DNA of 24,004 nucleotides from a candidate division WOR-3 bacterium (GTDB taxonomy: Bacteria > Hydrothermota > Tepidihabitantia > SM23-42 > CAYGYG01). The stretch is taken from assembly GCA_965648915.1 (NCBI GenBank), contig CBFGIV010000033.1:1-24004 (forward strand), given 5' to 3'. This document shows positions 18,815-24,004 of this stretch, one piece after another (position 1 is the stretch's first letter; every line of letters begins with the position of its first letter). Under the pieces are notes generated by a model that was given only the letters and a program-made list of their open reading frames with translations, searched no databases and had not been told where the DNA came from. The position numbers were made by a program, and so were the translations under genes.

Positions 18815-19321
18815 ATGGCCTCTGAAATTACGGAGTTCAATCCGGAATTTAAGTCTGAAGTTATAAAGGAAGAGGGGGGTGAAAGAGTCCAGAGTTGTTT
18901 TCAATGTGGCCTGTGTTCTGCATCCTGTCCGGTGCGCGATGTCTACAAAGATTTCAATCCGCGCAAGATAATCCATATGGTCCTGGTAGGCTTGAAAGAC
19001 CGAGTTATTAAAGACAGTACAATCTGGCTCTGTTCCACCTGCTATTCCTGTCAGGAGCGGTGTCCCCAGGATGTCCGGGTCACGGAATTGATGAATGCAT
19101 TGAAGAATCTGGCGGTCAAGGCGGGCTACGCGCACCCATCCCAGAAGAAGCAGGCGGAATTGGTTTATAATTCAGGCCGGCTTTATGAAATCGAAGAGTT
19201 TGATAATCGGAAGAGGCAGCGTCTCGGCCTGCCCGTCTTAAGGCCTCGAATCGAAGACGTCAAAATCCTCTATCGTCAGTGTGGAATCGAAGAGATGGTC
19301 ATATCCCGGGAGGCAAAATGA
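18815..19321 (+). CDS. hdrC: Heterodisulfide reductase subunit C
   Basis: CFQCGLCSASCP, NPRK, IWLCSTCYSCQERCPQDV. Confidence 0.93.
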   Translation: MASEITEFNPEFKSEVIKEEGGERVQSCFQCGLCSASCPVRDVYKDFNPRKIIHMVLVGLKDRVIKDSTIWLCSTCYSCQERCPQDVRVTELMNALKNLAVKAGYAHPSQKKQAELVYNSGRLYEIEEFDNRKRQRLGLPVLRPRIEDVKILYRQCGIEEMVISREAK

Positions 19322-20193
19322 GATATGCCCTGTTTTTAGGTTGCACGATTCCAGTCCGGGGTACCCATTATGAACTCGCCACCCGTAAAATCGCCAGCCT
19401 GCTCGGTATCGAATTCACCGACATCGAAGATTTCGCCTGTTGTGGATTTCCGGTTAAAGCCTTTCATACCCATACCGCATTCTTATTAGCTGCACGAAAC
19501 CTGGCCCTGGCCGCACAAAAGAATTTGTCAATCTGTACCCTATGTTCATCTTGTACCTCGACTTTGACCGAGGTCGCCAAATTACTGAATTCCGACTCTG
19601 CCCTTCGCTTCAGAACCAATCAGGAACTCAGTTCGATAAATCTCCATATTAAAAATTCAATCAAGGTGCGCCATCTGGCACGGATCATCTATGAAGATGT
19701 CGGTATTGATAAGATTAAGAGTAATATTAAACGACCCCTCTCTGCTTTAAGGTTGGCCATCCATTCTGGCTGCCACTATCTCAAACCTTCAGGCATCTTT
19801 GATGCCTTTGATGACCCTGAGATCCCGAGGACAGTGCGGTCAATGGTTGAAGCGGCCGGGGCAAAGGTCATAGACTATTTTGAAGAAAAGAAATGCTGTG
19901 GTGGTGCAACAATGGGAATTAATGAGCAGACCGGACTCGAAATCGCCCGACGTAAACTCGATTCGCTTCAGCGAGCCGATGTTGATGCACTCGTTGTTAT
20001 CTGTCCATTCTGCGATATAATGTACGAGGCCAACCAGCGCAAGATCGAGCAATCTTTCAATGCCACCTATGAACTGCCGATCTTATATTTCCCCCAGATC
20101 CTCGGGCTGGCATTTGGCTTTGACCGGCGGGATCTGGGTTTTCAATTCAATACGGTCAAACCGGACAAGGTTTTAAATAAAATAGGAGTTTAA
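19318..20193 (+). CDS. hdrB: Heterodisulfide reductase subunit B (two CCG domains)
   Basis: SD GGGAGG plus ATGA overlap at 19318; FLGC..P, CCGF, CSSC, HSGCH.LKP, CCGG, CPFC, LPILYFPQILGLA. Confidence 0.94.
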   Translation: MRYALFLGCTIPVRGTHYELATRKIASLLGIEFTDIEDFACCGFPVKAFHTHTAFLLAARNLALAAQKNLSICTLCSSCTSTLTEVAKLLNSDSALRFRTNQELSSINLHIKNSIKVRHLARIIYEDVGIDKIKSNIKRPLSALRLAIHSGCHYLKPSGIFDAFDDPEIPRTVRSMVEAAGAKVIDYFEEKKCCGGATMGINEQTGLEIARRKLDSLQRADVDALVVICPFCDIMYEANQRKIEQSFNATYELPILYFPQILGLAFGFDRRDLGFQFNTVKPDKVLNKIGV

Positions 20194-20197
20194 GATC

Positions 20198-22330
20198 ATG
20201 GTAAAAGTCTATATCTGTTCCTGTTATGGAGAGATCAGGATCCCCAAAAATTTAAATTTTGGTCCTGATGTTACAATTGTTTATCATGATGAATTATGCT
20301 CGGAATCAGGCCGGGAAATGGTAAAGAGAGATATTGACAGTAAAATTTTGGTTGCGGCCTGCACCCCCAGAATTGCTGAACGCTTTTTTACCGGTTCGGA
20401 TATTGAGTTTGTTAACATTCGTGAACAGGGATATTTCTATGGTTGGCCAGTGGAAAAGATGGTTGCTGCAATCGAAGCAGGCCTCAAGAAGATCGAACTG
20501 ACGCCTAAGATAGAACATAAATCAATCCCGATTAAGAATCGTTCGGTTCTGATAATCGGTGGTGGTGTGAGCGGGCTTGAATCGGCAAGAATTTTAGGAC
20601 TTGCCGGTATTGATGTCAATCTGATCGAGCAGGAGAGTTTTATCGGCGGAGTGGTCAGTAAACTTGATCGTCTCTATCCTGAGGGAACGCCCAATTCCCA
20701 TACATTATATCCGCTGATCAATGAGGTGGTCAATAGCCGTCGGATAAAGATCTTTACCTCAGCCCAATTGAATAAAATTTCCGGTCCACCGGGCGATTAT
20801 ATTGTTTCGATCAGTTACCATAAACCAACCAGGGATTGTAATCTCTGTAAAAAGTGTGAAGAGGTCTGCCCGGTCGTTGTCAACGACTGGGGTATCAAGC
20901 GGAAGGCAATCTACTACTCCCCAACTTATCCCGATGCTTATCAGATTGACTGGGCGCACTGTAATAGATGTGGTGAGTGTATCAAGGTCTGCGATAAGAT
21001 AAACTTGAACGGTCCAGAGACAGTTGAACTCCGCGTCGGGGCGGTTCTTAATACATCGGGATTAAAATTCTTTGATGCAACGAGAATAAAAGAATATGGC
21101 TATGGAAGATTCGAGGGGGTTATGAATACCATTGAATTTGAACGAAAAATTACCAGTGGACAGTTAAAGCCGAAAAGGGTGGTAATCATCGCCTGTGCTG
21201 GTTCCCGCGACCATAAGTACTTAGATTACTGTTCAAGAATCTGCTGTCTCATAGCCTTAAAAGAGGCAAAACTGGTTAAGGATCTTTATCCTGACACCGA
21301 GGTCTACCTGACCTATATCGATATCCGGGCCTATGGCCCGCGTGAGAAATTTTTCACAACCCTCCGTGATGTCTCGGGTGTTACCTTTATCAAAGGAAAA
21401 CCATCTGAGGTTCGACAGGTTGATGGCCGGCTGATTGTATCGGTTGAAGACAGTCTGGCAGACGAAGTGTTAGCGATCGAAACGGACTGTGTCGTCCTGT
21501 CAACCGGGTTTGTACCGGATAATAATCTATTAAAGATCCTGGGGATAAAGACCGAGCCCGAGCAGTTTCCGGGTGCCTATACAGAGTCGGAACTGATGGT
21601 CGATTCCAATCCCCGGGGCATCTTTATAAGCGGGAGCGCGTCATTTCCGGTTTCGGTCAGTGAAGCAATTATCGATGCCCGCAGTAGTGCATCAGCAACA
21701 ATCAACTTCTTGATGAAGAATGCCCATCCCCAGGTCGGGTTGGTTGCCCGAATCAACAGCGATATCTGCGCGGCGATACATTGTCGTATGTGTGTTGGCA
21801 CCTGCCCTTATGGTGCAATATATGAAGAGGAAGAGAAGATTAAAGTAAATGAAGCAATCTGTATGGGCTGTGGTATCTGTTCTGCCACCTGCATGGCCGG
21901 TGCCAGCCAGTTGACTTCATTCACCGATCAGGCGCTTCTTGCTCAGATAAAAAGTTTGACCAGACCAAATTCGGTTATTGCTCTGCTCTGCAAGTGGAGT
22001 GCTTACAATGCTGCTGACAAAGCAGGTTATGAGCGAAAGGCAGTTAATCATAATATCTCAATCATCCGCATCCCCTGTACTGGCCGGGTTGAGAGTCAGA
22101 TGATTCTCGAGGCCTTTGCCTGCGGGGCAAAGGGAGTATTAATTGGGGGTTGTTACCCTGATGCCTGCCATTATATAAGAGGTAACTTCAAAGCCCGGAA
22201 TCGTTGCCGGAATCTCCAATCAATGCTCGGACAACTGGGTCTGCCCGACAGGGCTTTGCGGATCGATTGGTTCGGCAAGGATGAGTCTGAGAAACTTTTT
22301 GCCGTTCTCAAAGAGATGGCGGAAAGTTAG
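20198..22330 (+). CDS. hdrA: Heterodisulfide reductase subunit A fused to C-terminal MvhD/FlpD
   Basis: VYICSC, AACTP, NIRE, IGGGVSG (FAD), inserted 2x[4Fe-4S] domain, YGYG, EFER, CAGSRD...YCSRICC, C-terminal ferredoxin, then MvhD motifs CKW, RIPCTGR, GGC...CHY..GN. Confidence 0.93.
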   Translation: MVKVYICSCYGEIRIPKNLNFGPDVTIVYHDELCSESGREMVKRDIDSKILVAACTPRIAERFFTGSDIEFVNIREQGYFYGWPVEKMVAAIEAGLKKIELTPKIEHKSIPIKNRSVLIIGGGVSGLESARILGLAGIDVNLIEQESFIGGVVSKLDRLYPEGTPNSHTLYPLINEVVNSRRIKIFTSAQLNKISGPPGDYIVSISYHKPTRDCNLCKKCEEVCPVVVNDWGIKRKAIYYSPTYPDAYQIDWAHCNRCGECIKVCDKINLNGPETVELRVGAVLNTSGLKFFDATRIKEYGYGRFEGVMNTIEFERKITSGQLKPKRVVIIACAGSRDHKYLDYCSRICCLIALKEAKLVKDLYPDTEVYLTYIDIRAYGPREKFFTTLRDVSGVTFIKGKPSEVRQVDGRLIVSVEDSLADEVLAIETDCVVLSTGFVPDNNLLKILGIKTEPEQFPGAYTESELMVDSNPRGIFISGSASFPVSVSEAIIDARSSASATINFLMKNAHPQVGLVARINSDICAAIHCRMCVGTCPYGAIYEEEEKIKVNEAICMGCGICSATCMAGASQLTSFTDQALLAQIKSLTRPNSVIALLCKWSAYNAADKAGYERKAVNHNISIIRIPCTGRVESQMILEAFACGAKGVLIGGCYPDACHYIRGNFKARNRCRNLQSMLGQLGLPDRALRIDWFGKDESEKLFAVLKEMAES

Positions 22331-22351
22331 TGTGTTTTTCCTGGAGGTTTG

Positions 22352-23404
22352 ATGTATCTCTTAAAACTTGATAAACTTCCTGGTCAGGATTCGATGCTCA
22401 TCTTTCATACTCTTGCCCGGCTGGGTTTTGAAGGCTTAATTATTGTTTCACCTGCTCAGCCGCTTGCCAGTGTGGGCTATTTTCAGGATACAGAAAAAGA
22501 GGTTGATCTGAACTATGCCCGGCAGGCAGGAATTTCTGTGATGCGGCGTGAAGTCGGCGGCGGCGCAACCTATCTCGATGAAAACCAGATCTTTTATCAG
22601 GTGATCTGGAATCGCCAGAACCCAAAATTCCCGCGCCGGATAAAAGAGATCTTTGAATATCTTTCCCAACCACCCTGCGAGACATATCGAAGGTTTGGAA
22701 TCAATGCAACTTTTCGGCCCGAGAATGATATTGTTACAGATAAGGGTAAAAAGATTGCCGGTGAGGGTGGTGGCGATATCGGTGAATCGATGGTCTTTGT
22801 TGGTGGGATTCTGCTCGATTTTGACTATGGCACGATGAGTAAGTTGCTGAAGGTTCCAGATGAAAAGTTTCGTGATAAGATTTATAAAAGTATGGAAGAG
22901 AATTTAACGACAATGAAGCGGGAACTGGGCGCGGTACCGCCCCGAGAAGAAGTGAAACAGGTACTGGTTGAGAGCTTTGAAAGGATCTTGGGCCGGCTCG
23001 AGCCGGCCGTGCTCGATGATGATGCAATAAGAAAGATGCGCGAACTCGAAAAGTGGTTTATGTCGGAAGAGTTCTTGTTTAAAAAGACGCCGAGAATTCC
23101 GACCGGTGTGAAGATAAAAGAAGGGGTCGAGATTCTCTATGGTCTTTACAAGGCACGGGGGGGACTTATCCGAACGGCGGAAGAGATCGAAGATAAGAAA
23201 AAGATTACCGACATCGCGATCTCGGGTGATTTTAATCTATTTCCCAAGAATGGACTGGAAGAAGTTGAGAATGCTCTTATCCAGAAAGATTTCAATGAAG
23301 CAACGGTGAAGACTGAGGTCGAGAAGGTCTATGAAAAGAAGAAGATTGAATCACCCGGCGTAACCGCCGAAGACTATACCAAAGCGATTTTGGAGGCGAA
23401 ATAA
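22352..23404 (+). CDS. lplA: Lipoate-protein ligase A family protein (catalytic domain plus C-terminal accessory domain)
   Basis: SD GGAGG; SVGYFQ, RREVGGGATYLD, ND, KKIAG (catalytic Lys), C-terminal KARGG...ISGDF. Confidence 0.88.
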   Translation: MYLLKLDKLPGQDSMLIFHTLARLGFEGLIIVSPAQPLASVGYFQDTEKEVDLNYARQAGISVMRREVGGGATYLDENQIFYQVIWNRQNPKFPRRIKEIFEYLSQPPCETYRRFGINATFRPENDIVTDKGKKIAGEGGGDIGESMVFVGGILLDFDYGTMSKLLKVPDEKFRDKIYKSMEENLTTMKRELGAVPPREEVKQVLVESFERILGRLEPAVLDDDAIRKMRELEKWFMSEEFLFKKTPRIPTGVKIKEGVEILYGLYKARGGLIRTAEEIEDKKKITDIAISGDFNLFPKNGLEEVENALIQKDFNEATVKTEVEKVYEKKKIESPGVTAEDYTKAILEAK

Positions 23405-23454
23405 GACAAAACCATTTGTTGATATAGAACTTCTACCGGTTTTCAAATTTAATC

Positions 23455-24004
23455 TGTTACGCCACAGCTAAAATGTCCCCTTAACTGCACAGCGACATGT
23501 CCCCTTTTTATTATTTTAATTAGATTTTTATGAAAATCAATACTATTCACCATCATAAGGAAATTTTTGGATGAATTTGTCATCATAAAAGACACTGATT
23601 TGCTTTTTAGGGACAATCTTAAGTAAAAGCTCAGTATTACCCCAATAAGCTCGATACCGAAAGTCCGTCAATTGGAAAACTCTGCCTTTATAGGTAAAAG
23701 TATTATCTTTTTTTACTTTTCGTTTAGCTCTTAAGCAGAAAATATGATCTAAGTCGATACCAGCGGGTAATGGTTTAAAGCAAGAGTTCTTAAAGCGCTC
23801 ATCGGGAATCATACCGGTGGTCTTATGCATCCAGCGACTCCCATGTCGATCAAGCCATTGCGCTAAATACTTATTAGCCGCTTCAATCGTTGTAATATTA
23901 TGTAGTTTAAATTCAATCGGTAGGCGTTGTTGGAGAAAACCGAAGAAACGCTCGATTTTACCCTTCTCATGAGGTGCTTGCTTATGGGTATTGATTAAAC
24001 GGAT
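23455..24004 (-). mobile_element. IS1202/ISNCY-like insertion sequence, downstream end (rest lies beyond the window)
   Basis: Begins TGT at 23455, followed by two subterminal direct repeats CACAGCTAAAATGTCCCCTT (23463-23482) and CACAGCGACATGTCCCCTT (23488-23506); AT-rich; transposase 3' end follows. Confidence 0.75.
23543..24004 (-). CDS. DDE transposase, C-terminal part (5' truncated by the window)
   Basis: The frame stays open to 24004: ...APHEKGKIERFFGFLQQRL...TIEAANKYL...LDHIFCL...RKVKKDNTFTYKG..FQL. The KG.IER helix carries the catalytic E of the rve/ISNCY type. Confidence 0.88.
   Translation of the reverse strand: MRLINTHKQAPHEKGKIERFFGFLQQRLPIEFKLHNITTIEAANKYLAQWLDRHGSRWMHKTTGMIPDERFKNSCFKPLPAGIDLDHIFCLRAKRKVKKDNTFTYKGRVFQLTDFRYRAYWGNTELLLKIVPKKQISVFYDDKFIQKFPYDGE

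Noticed and set aside
20198..22330. Selenocysteine recoding in HdrA/MvhD
   Set aside because: The ORF is uninterrupted; Cys codons occupy the MvhD positions and there is no in-frame TGA.
23405..23454. Xer (xrs/dif) target site next to the IS end
   Set aside because: No convincing 11-6-11 XerC/XerD arrangement is visible.

Overview
Chromosomal window from an anaerobic, probably diderm bacterium. The gene mix (DUF4159, DUF401, DUF4388, PorV-like barrel, HdrABC) suggests a WOR-3/TA06-like lineage, but that is inference only. Left to right: (1) a minus-strand tetR / outer-membrane beta-barrel unit, followed by a DUF559 (Vsr-like PD-(D/E)XK) endonuclease gene that the ORF track missed; this gene is bracketed by inverted 39-bp hairpin repeats with decaying tandem copies; (2) DUF4159 and a threonine synthase-like gene, converging on DUF401; (3) gap-pgk-tpiA-secG-rplU-rpmA; (4) an Ig-like lipoprotein; (5) a tightly coupled exbB-exbD-tonB / barrel-TPR / TIM-barrel / TPR-Zn-finger / DUF4388 operon; (6) thiC without a TPP riboswitch, followed by a tandem Lrp/AsnC protein; (7) an hdrC-hdrB-hdrA::mvhD-lplA operon; (8) one end of an IS1202/ISNCY-type insertion sequence. 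The two best candidates for undescribed biology are a heterodisulfide reductase apparently co-transcribed with a lipoate-protein ligase (possibly a lipoyl-disulfide-coupled, electron-bifurcating system with a non-canonical HdrA) and the DUF559 + covarying inverted-hairpin mini-element with polar, fixed-period repeat arrays.
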